Below are positions 45,688-55,119 of a DNA stretch of 64,000 bases, piece after piece. A program made the position numbers and the translations under genes. The notes under the pieces were generated by a model, which saw only the letters and a program-made list of their open reading frames with translations, had not been told where the DNA came from and searched no databases. Position 1 is the first letter of the stretch. Every line of letters begins with the position of its first letter. The stretch is from an uncultured Lentimicrobiaceae bacterium (GTDB lineage Bacteria > Bacteroidota > Bacteroidia > Bacteroidales > 4484-276), in assembly GCA_964593705.1 (NCBI GenBank), contig CAZQIV010000022.1, positions 1,416 to 65,415 on the forward strand, written 5' to 3'.

Positions 45688-45847
45688 TTGACGTTGGTCA
45701 ATTCCATTTCGTGACTAAATCCAGTTCCGCTGGTCAATTCCGCTTTGTTGGGCCATTCCATTTTGCAGGGAACACTGTTTTTTAGACAATCCCGTTTCGT
45801 TGGTCATTTCCATCTCGTTAGTTAATTCCGTTTTGTTGTTAATTTTT
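45688..45847. repeat. Degenerate 18-bp tandem array, about nine units
   Basis: Unit boundaries at 45688, 45706, 45742, 45760, 45794, 45812 and 45830 (blocks of 18, 36, 18, 34, 18, 18, 18 nt). Plus-strand consensus is about nnntcgttggtcaattcc. Confidence 0.75.
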
Positions 45848-46362
45848 CAAAGAACCACCCGACTACGGGCTGCGTTGTTAAATTGGCCCCAACGGTTGGT
45901 GTATGAAGCGTTGGGCATCTCGTAGGCAATTTCGCTGAGTGTTTTTTCGTCATACACCAGTAGTTCCTTCACCCGTTCAATTTTTAAATCGATCATGTAT
46001 TTTTCGATGGTGGTGCCGGTGGCCGATGAAAATAACGCGCTCAGGTAGTTGTAGTCCAAATTGAGTTTGTCGGTAAGGTATGCTGAAAAATTTATCTGAA
46101 GCGGTTCGGAATGGTGATATACGAAATTGATGATCTCTTTTTTGATTGCTTCAATGAGCCGTGTTTTGGCATCGCTGATAATTTCGAATCCTACCTTGTT
46201 AAGCCTGTTGCGTATCGCATCCATATCTTTTGTTGAAGGCTGATCATTAAGCCTTACCTTGCCCATTTCCACGTCGGCACTTTCAAATCCGGCTTCCCCA
46301 AAAATTTGCCTCACCGACATAATGCAACGGTCGCAAACCATATTTTTAATGTAAATCTCCAT
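45847..46362 (-). CDS. AraC-family regulator with N-terminal HMA-like domain
   Basis: N-terminal MEIYIKNMVCDRCIMSVRQIF (CxxC). C-terminal AraC HTH (YLSALFSSATGTTIEKYMIDLKIERVKELL...LSEIAYE). Confidence 0.7.
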   Translation of the reverse strand: MEIYIKNMVCDRCIMSVRQIFGEAGFESADVEMGKVRLNDQPSTKDMDAIRNRLNKVGFEIISDAKTRLIEAIKKEIINFVYHHSEPLQINFSAYLTDKLNLDYNYLSALFSSATGTTIEKYMIDLKIERVKELLVYDEKTLSEIAYEMPNASYTNRWGQFNNAARSRVVL

Positions 46363-46370
46363 GACTCGTA

Positions 46371-48086
46371 TTATTTAATGATCAGTTTTTGAGAATTGTG
46401 CCAGTTCGCACCAGATGCATTAATAATATATACCCCGGATGCTATTGACGAAATATCGAGGTCAGCCTGGTTTGTCCCGTTCGGAAATACGGTTTTGTCT
46501 AATAATGATCCATTTACACTATAAACTTCAATTATATGAAGCGGCGGGTTTGTCGATTGGATGGTTCTTTTATCCGTGGTAACGGGATTGGGTGAAACCA
46601 AAACTCTTGTTGAGGTATTTTTGGTCTCCTCAAGACCTATGGTTTCGTCCACAACCAGAAACTGCCCCATCATACCATCATCCTCATGTACCAGCATGTG
46701 GCAATGGTACATAAAAGGAATTTCATTATCGGCATAATCGCTGAATTGCGCAATAAAGCGAAGGGTTTCCATGGGCTTCACCAGTATTACATCTTTGCGG
46801 CCAGCTTCGCTTGCCAGTGGTGAAACGCCATCGCGATCCAGCACAAAAAACTGCACGTCATGGATGTGGAAGGGATGCGCTATGGGCGATTGATTGGTGA
46901 GACTCCAGATTTCGGTATGATCGAGTGGAATGGTGTAGTTGATGGTGTTCATATCAAAGCCCGCACCGTTGATAAGGAATTTACCGTTGAGGGCATTGGG
47001 CCCCGGGGTTTCGGGCGTAAAGATCAGTGAACGCGTAACATCAGCCTGCGATTCGGGGATGGAATTTAGTGTAACCAGCGTGGCAGGAACGGTGGTTATC
47101 GGGTTTACCGTCTGTTCAGTTACCAGGATTTGGAGAATTTCAAAATCATTGCCATTCATCGGATTGGGATTGTATGCGTTTAGGGTCATCATGGGCATCA
47201 TGCCGGGATTGGTTGCTCCGTAAATTCCGTTGGGAAATTCTGATGCATAGCTCATAAGTTGAATTTCGCTACCGGTCATTCCGGAAAGATCCAGGAGTAA
47301 CTCAGCCCTTTCGCCCGGTGCAAGCTGCAGGCGTGTTGTAGCGTTGGGCTGATTCAACAGTCCACCGTCCGAAGCTATCTGGTAGAATTCGGTGTTGTTG
47401 CTTAATCCCAGATTAAAAACGCGTTGCGAAGAACCATTGAGTAGCCTGAGCCTTACTACCTGTGCCGGCAAATCCAGCTCCGGGTGGATGGTTGCATTAA
47501 CCAGAACTACATTGTCGGAATTTGTGGGTGTAACAATCTGGTTGTCTGCATCAAACTCCTTGGTTTGTATTACAAGCGGAAAATCATCCACACCATAGGA
47601 TCGGGGTAATTGCAGCACAGCTTCGTCCACATCACGAACAATAATAAAACCGGCAATTCCTTTAGAAACGTGTTCGTTGGTTTTTTCGTGCAGATGAGGG
47701 TGGTACCAGTAAGTAGCTGCTCTATCCCTGACTGTAAATGAAGGATGCCAGGTTGCAGAAGGGGCAATGGTGTTGTGCGGTCCTCCGTCGTTGCCTGCTG
47801 AAACGTGCATGCCATGCCAGTGAATGGTGGTGGTCTCGTCGAGTTGATTGAGGACTTCAATATTTACAAAGTCCCCTTTTTGCATAATCAGGGTTGGGCC
47901 AAGAATGTTTCCGTTTACTCCCATGGTGTTTGTTACTTGTCCATCATAAAACTGAACACTCCCCTGCTGTAATGTGAGTGAGAAATCAGTCCCGGTAATA
48001 CTTTCCGGAATGGGAATTTGGTTTTGGGCGCTTAAATAAATATTACTTGTCAGCACCATTATTAATACTAAAGTTAGTGGTCTCAT
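46371..48086 (-). CDS. Multicopper oxidase with T9SS C-terminal sorting domain
   Basis: Copper-site motifs HWHGMH, HPFHIHD and YHCHMLVHEDDGMMGQF. The C-terminus VSPNPV...VYSVNGSLL...SGVYIINA...KLIIK is typical of T9SS CTDs. Confidence 0.85.
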   Translation of the reverse strand: MRPLTLVLIMVLTSNIYLSAQNQIPIPESITGTDFSLTLQQGSVQFYDGQVTNTMGVNGNILGPTLIMQKGDFVNIEVLNQLDETTTIHWHGMHVSAGNDGGPHNTIAPSATWHPSFTVRDRAATYWYHPHLHEKTNEHVSKGIAGFIIVRDVDEAVLQLPRSYGVDDFPLVIQTKEFDADNQIVTPTNSDNVVLVNATIHPELDLPAQVVRLRLLNGSSQRVFNLGLSNNTEFYQIASDGGLLNQPNATTRLQLAPGERAELLLDLSGMTGSEIQLMSYASEFPNGIYGATNPGMMPMMTLNAYNPNPMNGNDFEILQILVTEQTVNPITTVPATLVTLNSIPESQADVTRSLIFTPETPGPNALNGKFLINGAGFDMNTINYTIPLDHTEIWSLTNQSPIAHPFHIHDVQFFVLDRDGVSPLASEAGRKDVILVKPMETLRFIAQFSDYADNEIPFMYHCHMLVHEDDGMMGQFLVVDETIGLEETKNTSTRVLVSPNPVTTDKRTIQSTNPPLHIIEVYSVNGSLLDKTVFPNGTNQADLDISSIASGVYIINASGANWHNSQKLIIK

Positions 48087-48113
48087 AAATTATAGTTTAA
48101 TGTATTTGTTTAT

Positions 48114-49763
48114 TTATTTGTTTCCCGGTCTGTCGTACAGGCAGCAACCAGGCAAGTTTTTATAAACTTCGTCAGGGGCGGTTTCATTTTCGGTGTCGTG
48201 CCCTACTTTTGCAACAGCCTTTTCAATTTCAATCCTCTTTACTTTGTCAGGATTAAATTCCAGGTGAAGCATTTTCATTTCCTCGCTCCAATCGGCCACC
48301 TTAACTCCATCGAGGCTTAAGGCAGCCTCTTCAATGCGGTCTTTGCACATGCCACAATTGCCATACACTTTAATCATTTCCATCTGCAAAAATGACGTTT
48401 GCTTATCCTGTTTCTGCATGGTTTTACCTCCACTCATATCCATTGTGCTATGGTCGTGAGCGGGTAGGCTTTTCCCTCCGTCAGCTGACGGATTCATCAT
48501 ACTTGGCAATCCTTGTAATTGTGCCGAAGCATCAATTTTAAAAACTCCGTTTACAGCAATTTCTTCCCCTTCTTCCAATCCTTCGGCAACTACATAAAAT
48601 GCTCCGGCTTCGGGACCTAAAACCACTTCACGGAAAATAAATGATGGCGTTTCCCGATTTTGAACTTTCACATAAACCACAGCTCGCTTACCTGTCCATA
48701 AAATAGATGATTTAGGTATGAGAATTGAATTGCCCGCTTCTGCAATTTTAGACTCCAATAATCCGGTTGAGAACATTTCAGGTTTTAGTGATAAATTTGG
48801 ATTTGAAACCTCTACCCGTACTTTAGCCACACGGGTTTTTCCGTTAATAAATGGGTCGATGTAGGTAACTTTTGCTGAAAAGTTTTTCCCGGGAATCGAC
48901 TGAATAGTAAAATCAATTTTATCGCCCAGTTTAATCCATGGCAAGTCACTTTCGTAAGCATCGAACATTACCCACACTTTTTTCAAATTAACTACCTGGA
49001 ATAAGGCAACACCTCCCTTAATATAATCGCCCAATGCAACGTGCCGCATGGTAACGGTTCCCGAGATTGGCGATAAAATATCGAAATAAAGTTGTGGCTC
49101 TCCATTTTCTTCAATTCCTGAAATTTGTTCGTCTGTTAAGTCCCACAATTTTAGTTTTCCTTTGGCTGCGGTATATAGCGAAGGGCGAGACTCTTTAAGA
49201 GCAATGGCTTCGAGCAATTCCTTTTGAGCAGTTACCAATCCGGGAGAATAAATGGTAGCCAATTTTTCACCTTTGATAACATTCTGTCCGGTAAAATTGA
49301 CAAACAGCTTCTCAATACGTCCGCCAAAACGTGCAGTCAGTTCTGCAATATTACGTTCATCGGCTTGTACTTTTCCCTGTAAATACAGCGATTTTTTTGG
49401 TGCTCCTGTTGTAACTATTAAAGACTGAATATCTGCCAGCTTTGCTGCGGATTCCGACATTACTATTTCGTTTGGTTCGACAAGCTCACCAACCGATGAC
49501 ATTGGCTGAAGTGGAATAAGATCCATTCCGCAAATTGGGCAATCACCCGGTTTGTCCTGTTTAATTTGTGGGTGCATCGAGCAAGTCCAGGTTGTGGGGT
49601 CTTCCGACTCGTGGTTATGTCCTTCGTGACTTTCAATTTCTGTTTTGGCAACAGTTGCTTCTCCTGATGAATGGAAAAGCAGCCATCCTAAAAACATTCC
49701 GAGAATTAATACTCCTATTACCAGTTTGTAATTGTCTGTTATACTTTTTATTAAATTTTTCAT
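48114..49763 (-). CDS. CusB-like RND adaptor with N-terminal metal-binding domain and C-terminal HMA domain
   Basis: TWTCSMHPQIKQDKPGDCPICGMDL near the N-terminus, an adaptor core, then VYGNCGMCKDRIEEAA ... LPGCCLYDRPGNK at the C-terminus. Confidence 0.85.
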   Translation of the reverse strand: MKNLIKSITDNYKLVIGVLILGMFLGWLLFHSSGEATVAKTEIESHEGHNHESEDPTTWTCSMHPQIKQDKPGDCPICGMDLIPLQPMSSVGELVEPNEIVMSESAAKLADIQSLIVTTGAPKKSLYLQGKVQADERNIAELTARFGGRIEKLFVNFTGQNVIKGEKLATIYSPGLVTAQKELLEAIALKESRPSLYTAAKGKLKLWDLTDEQISGIEENGEPQLYFDILSPISGTVTMRHVALGDYIKGGVALFQVVNLKKVWVMFDAYESDLPWIKLGDKIDFTIQSIPGKNFSAKVTYIDPFINGKTRVAKVRVEVSNPNLSLKPEMFSTGLLESKIAEAGNSILIPKSSILWTGKRAVVYVKVQNRETPSFIFREVVLGPEAGAFYVVAEGLEEGEEIAVNGVFKIDASAQLQGLPSMMNPSADGGKSLPAHDHSTMDMSGGKTMQKQDKQTSFLQMEMIKVYGNCGMCKDRIEEAALSLDGVKVADWSEEMKMLHLEFNPDKVKRIEIEKAVAKVGHDTENETAPDEVYKNLPGCCLYDRPGNK

Positions 49764-49792
49764 GATATTTATTTTAATTCGTTATTAGACTT

Positions 49793-49853
49793 CCCTGCCT
49801 GTCGGCAGACAGGGACTACGCTCAGTCTGACTGTCACAGTGAGCGTAGTCGAA
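49793..49853. repeat. Double-hairpin intergenic element
   Basis: cctgtcggcagacagg, then gactacgctca...gtgagcgtagtc, between the TolC and adaptor genes. Confidence 0.65.
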
Positions 49854-49856
49854 CTG

Positions 49857-51212
49857 CTATTTACCCATTAAATAAGTGAGAAATGAAATTGCTGCTTGTT
49901 TATCGGCAATTGATTTTTCTTTTTCTAAATGATATTTTAAAACCTTACGCTCCATCCTTAAAATCTCTTCAAAATTTGTATTCCCGGTTGTATATTCTGT
50001 TTCCAGGATTCGAATGGATTTGTGAGCTAATTCAAGTTGAGTTTCGTAAAGTTCGATTCGTCTATCGGCATCCTGATAATCTTTCCACCCATTTTCAAAA
50101 AGGGTTTCCAATAGATTGTTTTTGTTGATTTTTTCGAAAGATTTTGCCGACTCCAGGTACATTACCTCCTGAACCATAGCTTTGTACTTATTCCGATAGA
50201 GGGGGATTGTTAATCCAACCGTTGGAAATACAAAGGCATCCTTTCCGGCAAGGTTATTTTCTCCTTTACCAATAAATGTATAGTCGAATCCAACTTTAAA
50301 ACTTGGGTTTCCATTTCTTTGAGCAACTTCGCGTTTGAATTCAAACGCTGCCTGTTGAAAATCGATGGATAAAAGTTGATGGTTGTATGTTGAAACCGAA
50401 TCTAATGCCGCCTGTTTGGATAAGCCAAAATCGGTTCTCCATAAATTCTCAGGAATTAATATATTTCCAATTTCTGTGGAATCCAACAGATTTTTAAACT
50501 GCACCTCAAGCACATAAGCTTTGTCTTTTAATAAGGTCAGTTGATTCTCCAAATCATTAATCTCCATCTCGATGCGATATTCATCAACTACTGAAACTAA
50601 ACCTGCTTCTACTTTTATGGTTGCCAGATTTTGAAAAGTATTTAAAATGTCAATATTATCGAGTGTAATGGCAACTGCTTTTTTATTAAAATAAAGGTTG
50701 AAATAAGCTCCCTTAACTTCATTAAACAGCTTCGATTTCGTTTCTTCAAATAATTCATATTTCGCTTTTGCAGCTTGAATAGAAACATTTTGTTTTGCTT
50801 CTAATGTACCAAACCACGGAAACATTTGAGAAGCAGAGATTTTAAAACGCTGCGGCCCCACCCTTGTTTCCACCGGACTGATAAAGTATGCAAATGCAAC
50901 TTGTGGGTCGGGCAAAGCTTTTACCTGGGGAGCAACTTCTAACGCTGCCATATAATCGTTAAACTTTGCTTTTAAACCCGGATTGTTCTTGGCTGCAATT
51001 TTTAAGTAATTGTTTAAGTCCCCTTGTTGTGAAAAAGAAAAGAGTGAAATGGTAATAAAAATTACTGAAAGGACGTATTTTAGTGATTTTACCCCCAACC
51101 CCCTAAAGGGGGCTAAAACAGCCAATTGCATAAACTCTTGTGCGTGGTTAAAGTCCCCTTTAGGGGATTTAGGGGTCATAAGAAAGCATGATTTATTTCT
51201 ACTATTCTTCAT
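49857..51212 (-). CDS. TolC-family outer membrane efflux protein whose 5' end contains a repeat element
   Basis: TolC-like repeats. N-terminal codons 12-41 are the translation of the repeat at 51091-51179. There is no ATG/GTG/TTG in frame between the repeat and the signal-peptide core. Confidence 0.75.
   Translation of the reverse strand: MKNSRNKSCFLMTPKSPKGDFNHAQEFMQLAVLAPFRGLGVKSLKYVLSVIFITISLFSFSQQGDLNNYLKIAAKNNPGLKAKFNDYMAALEVAPQVKALPDPQVAFAYFISPVETRVGPQRFKISASQMFPWFGTLEAKQNVSIQAAKAKYELFEETKSKLFNEVKGAYFNLYFNKKAVAITLDNIDILNTFQNLATIKVEAGLVSVVDEYRIEMEINDLENQLTLLKDKAYVLEVQFKNLLDSTEIGNILIPENLWRTDFGLSKQAALDSVSTYNHQLLSIDFQQAAFEFKREVAQRNGNPSFKVGFDYTFIGKGENNLAGKDAFVFPTVGLTIPLYRNKYKAMVQEVMYLESAKSFEKINKNNLLETLFENGWKDYQDADRRIELYETQLELAHKSIRILETEYTTGNTNFEEILRMERKVLKYHLEKEKSIADKQAAISFLTYLMGK
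51091..51179 (-). repeat. ATGACCCC-family element, copy 2 (inside the 5' end of the TolC ORF)
   Basis: The minus strand reads ATGACCCCtaaatcccctaaaggggac...gccccctttagggggttggggg. Same layout as copies at 2216-2363 and 56443-56580. Confidence 0.7.
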
Positions 51213-51216
51213 GATT

Positions 51217-54200
51217 TTATACTTTTTGATTTTTCAATTCTCTTTTAATTCTACCTTCCTGCCACATACTGTAAAGTACCGGCACTACAAACATGGTTAG
51301 CACCTCAATGGTCATTCCGCCAAACAATGGAATCGCCATCGGAACCATAATGTCAGAACCCTTTCCTGTTGAAGTAAGAATTGGGAGTAGTGCAATAATA
51401 GTTGTGGCTGTTGTCATAATCGCCGGACGGACTCGTTTTGAACCCGCTTCAAGAACTAAGGCACGAACTTCTTTTACTGTTTTTGGACTTTTCTTTTCCT
51501 GCAACTGTTTGATGTAAGTACTGATTAAAACTCCGTCGTCGGTGGCTACACCAAACAGGGCAATGAATCCTACCCAAACTGCAACACTCAGATTAATGGT
51601 ACCAACCTGAAACAGATTTCGAAGATGAATACCTGCCAGTTCTCCATTCAGAAACCAAGGCTGCCCATACAACCATAGCATGATAAAACCACCTGCTAAA
51701 GCCACGATAATTCCGGTAAAAATGAGCGTTGTTGATGTTACAGATTTGAACTGGAAGTAAAGAATCAGGAAAATTATAATCAATGAAATTGGAACCACAA
51801 TCATTAAGCGTTTGGTAGCCCTAATTTGGTTTTCGTAATTTCCTGTAAAGACGTAACTAACACCTGCTGGCAAATTGAATTCACCTTTGTCCATTTTATC
51901 ATTTAAAAAGGCTTGTGCATTTTCAACTACATCTACTTCGGCGTAACCCTCTTTTTTATCGAAAATGACATACCCAACTAAGAAAGTGTTTTCGCTTTTA
52001 ATTAATTGAGGTCCTCGTGTGTAATGAATAGTTACCAAATCGCCCAATGGAATTTGAGTTCCGGTAGGATTAGGTATCAGAATTTTTTTCAAATCTTCTG
52101 GATTATCACGGTATTCACGTGCATATCGCAAGCGAACCGGGAAACGTTCGCGCCCTTCAACAGTTGTTGTTAACTGCATTCCACCAATTGCACTTGCAAT
52201 AACCGTTTGCAGGTTTTTAACCGACAAACCATAACGTGCAATTGCCTCGCGATTGATTTCCATTTCAAGGTAAGGTTTTCCAACTACCCTGTCGGCAAAT
52301 ACAGACATTCCCTGAACGCCATCTACTTCTTTTAGCAATCTTTCCAATTCGTAACCCACTCCTTCAATACTTTCTAATGTCGGTCCAAATACTTTTATTC
52401 CCATTGGTGCCCTCATTCCGGTTTGTAACATTACCAAGCGGGTTTGAATTGGCTGTAATTTTGGAGCAGATGTTAAACCGGGGATTGCTGCCTGGCTAAT
52501 AATTTCATCCCATATATCATTGGGCGATTTAATTTCATCGCGCCACTGACGGAAATATTTCCCATTTTTATCTACGATAAGGTTTTCTTTATCAATAAGA
52601 CGGAATCCATCATTTTCAGGGTCATAACTCCCTCCGTCTTTTAACACAAACGCATCTTCTTTATTTACTTCAAAACGCATGCGGTGACCTGATTCATTTA
52701 AAATGTATTCAGGTTTATAATTGATTACATTCTCATACATGGATGTTGGAGCCGGGTCGAGTGCTGAGTTTACACGTCCCCATTTTCCTACTACACTTTC
52801 CACCTCAGGGATAGAATTTATTTTTTTATCTAAAATGGCAATTACTTCCAGGTTTTCTTCTATGCCAGAGTGGGGCATGGTTGTAGGCATCAGCAAAAAT
52901 GATCCTTCATCCAACGATGGCATAAATTCTTTTCCTATTCCGGGAACTGCTGTTGCAACTTTTTGATAGGTGCCAGTTGTTTTTACAAACTCGGGCATAA
53001 AACCAAACATTTTATCAAAACCCTGCCAGGTAGTAATCCCAAACACTACAATAAAGATTGGGATGGACAAAAATTTCCATTTATTTGCAAGACACCAGTT
53101 TAAGATCCGGGCGTAAAACAGTACAATAAGAGACATTGCCCCGAGTACCGTTCCCACAATTAAAACAACAAACAGGAAGTTGGTAAAAAGTGAATTTTGA
53201 GCGCCCAGTGGCATCCATGCTTTGGTTAGGAAGAATATCACCACAATAGCTGTTATAACAATATTGAAAATGTTCGACCACGAAATTTTTGAAGCTTTCC
53301 ATTTGTCTTCAAAAAAACTGTTTATCCCATAAGCAGAAAGGGCAAGAGCAATGTAGTAACCTGTCCATATCGAAATAGCCAATCCAGCTGTTATAAGAGC
53401 AATGCTTAATATTTTTTTGTATTTGTTTTTATCGAAACGAATAGAGAAAACTAAATGTGCCAGTGTTGGAATAATAATTAAACCAATTAGCAATGCCGAT
53501 AACATGGTGAAAGTTTTTGTGAAAGCCAGTGGTTTAAATAATTTGCCCTCTGCAGCTTCCATGGCAAAAACAGGGAGAAAACTTACAATTGTAGTTGTAA
53601 GCGCTGTAATTACAGCACCAGCTACTTCAATAGTTGCCTCGTAAATGATATTAAGTAAACGCTTTCCTTTGGCTCCAATATTTTCAACCATTTCGATATG
53701 CCGGATAATATTTTCCGTAAAAACGACTCCAACATCAACCATCACACCAATAGCAATAGCAATTCCTGAAAGTGCTACAATATTGGCATCTACCCCAAAT
53801 TGCCTCATGGTGATGAACGTTATTAGAACGCCAATGGGTAATAGACTGGATATTAGAAAAGATGCTCTAAGGTTCAACACCAATACAATAACAACCAGAA
53901 TACTTATTAATAATTCGAGCGAAATAGCTTCTTCTAATGTCCCCAATGTTTCTTTTATCAACCCGGTACGGTCGTAAAAGGGAACAATGGTTACTTTTGA
54001 AACTGTTCCATCGTCCAAAGTTTTTGAAGGTAATCCGGGAGAAATTTCTGCAATTTTAGCTTTTAAATTTTCAATTGTCTGCAATGGATTACTTCCATAA
54101 CGTGCAACTACAACACCTCCAACCGCCTCGGCTCCTCCTTTGTCTAATCCTCCCCGGCGGGTTGCTGGTCCAAAATTAATTTTGGCTACATCCTTTAAAC

Positions 54201-55023
54201 GAATGGGGATGTTTTCGCGAACCGTGACAACGCTTTCCTCTAAATCTTCCAGATTCTTAATATATCCTATTGCCCTAACCAAATATTCAACACGGTTAAA
54301 TTCAATGGTTCTGGCACCGATGTCGAGGTTACTGTTTTTAACTGCTTCCATTATTTGAGAAATATTTACCCCATGCGCTTTCATGGCATTTGGGTCAATA
54401 TCCACCTGGTATTCTTTGACGAAACCTCCAATAGAGGCAACTTCAGCAACTCCTTTAGCCGAGGTAAGCGAATAGCGCACATAAAAATCCTGAATGGTGC
54501 GTAACTCATGTGGGTCCCAGCCGCCGGCCGGATTTCCATCTTTATCTCGACCTTCGAGTGTGTACCAATAAATTTGCCCCAGAGCAGTTGCATCTGGTCC
54601 CAAGGCAGGTGAAACATCCGCCGGAAGTGTTCCCGCAGGCAGGGAATTTAATTTTTCCAATATTCGCGTCCTGCTCCAGTAAAACTCTACATCCTCATCA
54701 AATATCAGATAGATACTTGAAACTCCAAAAATGGAATTGCTGCGTATGGTTTTTACTCCCGGAATGCCGAGCAATGAAGTAGTTAATGGATAGGATATCT
54801 GATCTTCGATATCCTGTGGCGAACGTCCCGGCCATTCGGTGTAAACGATTTGTTGGTTTTCGCCAATATCCGGTATGGCATCAACTGGAACCGGGTCTGA
54901 TGGCAGGATACCAGTATCCCAGCCAAATGGAGAATTTATAATACCCCAACTGATGAAAATAATTAGTACTAAAAATGTTACCAGTTTATTTTCAAGAAAA
55001 AAACGTATGATTTTATTTAACAT
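51217..55023 (-). CDS. CusA/CzcA-family heavy-metal efflux RND transporter, long form (1268 aa)
   Basis: RND motifs GIAIAIGVMVDVGVVFTEN and GFIALFGVATDDGVL. Extra hydrophobic insert at residues ~535-640 and an enlarged second periplasmic loop relative to the 1033-aa paralog. Confidence 0.9.
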   Translation of the reverse strand: MLNKIIRFFLENKLVTFLVLIIFISWGIINSPFGWDTGILPSDPVPVDAIPDIGENQQIVYTEWPGRSPQDIEDQISYPLTTSLLGIPGVKTIRSNSIFGVSSIYLIFDEDVEFYWSRTRILEKLNSLPAGTLPADVSPALGPDATALGQIYWYTLEGRDKDGNPAGGWDPHELRTIQDFYVRYSLTSAKGVAEVASIGGFVKEYQVDIDPNAMKAHGVNISQIMEAVKNSNLDIGARTIEFNRVEYLVRAIGYIKNLEDLEESVVTVRENIPIRLKDVAKINFGPATRRGGLDKGGAEAVGGVVVARYGSNPLQTIENLKAKIAEISPGLPSKTLDDGTVSKVTIVPFYDRTGLIKETLGTLEEAISLELLISILVVIVLVLNLRASFLISSLLPIGVLITFITMRQFGVDANIVALSGIAIAIGVMVDVGVVFTENIIRHIEMVENIGAKGKRLLNIIYEATIEVAGAVITALTTTIVSFLPVFAMEAAEGKLFKPLAFTKTFTMLSALLIGLIIIPTLAHLVFSIRFDKNKYKKILSIALITAGLAISIWTGYYIALALSAYGINSFFEDKWKASKISWSNIFNIVITAIVVIFFLTKAWMPLGAQNSLFTNFLFVVLIVGTVLGAMSLIVLFYARILNWCLANKWKFLSIPIFIVVFGITTWQGFDKMFGFMPEFVKTTGTYQKVATAVPGIGKEFMPSLDEGSFLLMPTTMPHSGIEENLEVIAILDKKINSIPEVESVVGKWGRVNSALDPAPTSMYENVINYKPEYILNESGHRMRFEVNKEDAFVLKDGGSYDPENDGFRLIDKENLIVDKNGKYFRQWRDEIKSPNDIWDEIISQAAIPGLTSAPKLQPIQTRLVMLQTGMRAPMGIKVFGPTLESIEGVGYELERLLKEVDGVQGMSVFADRVVGKPYLEMEINREAIARYGLSVKNLQTVIASAIGGMQLTTTVEGRERFPVRLRYAREYRDNPEDLKKILIPNPTGTQIPLGDLVTIHYTRGPQLIKSENTFLVGYVIFDKKEGYAEVDVVENAQAFLNDKMDKGEFNLPAGVSYVFTGNYENQIRATKRLMIVVPISLIIIFLILYFQFKSVTSTTLIFTGIIVALAGGFIMLWLYGQPWFLNGELAGIHLRNLFQVGTINLSVAVWVGFIALFGVATDDGVLISTYIKQLQEKKSPKTVKEVRALVLEAGSKRVRPAIMTTATTIIALLPILTSTGKGSDIMVPMAIPLFGGMTIEVLTMFVVPVLYSMWQEGRIKRELKNQKV

Positions 55024-55119
55024 TTCCTAAAAATTTAAATGAGTGATTTCATGAATTAGAATACACATGAGGGCAAACTGAGATGTTCAGTGCCCTCGGT
55101 AAATTCATAATATCCTCAT

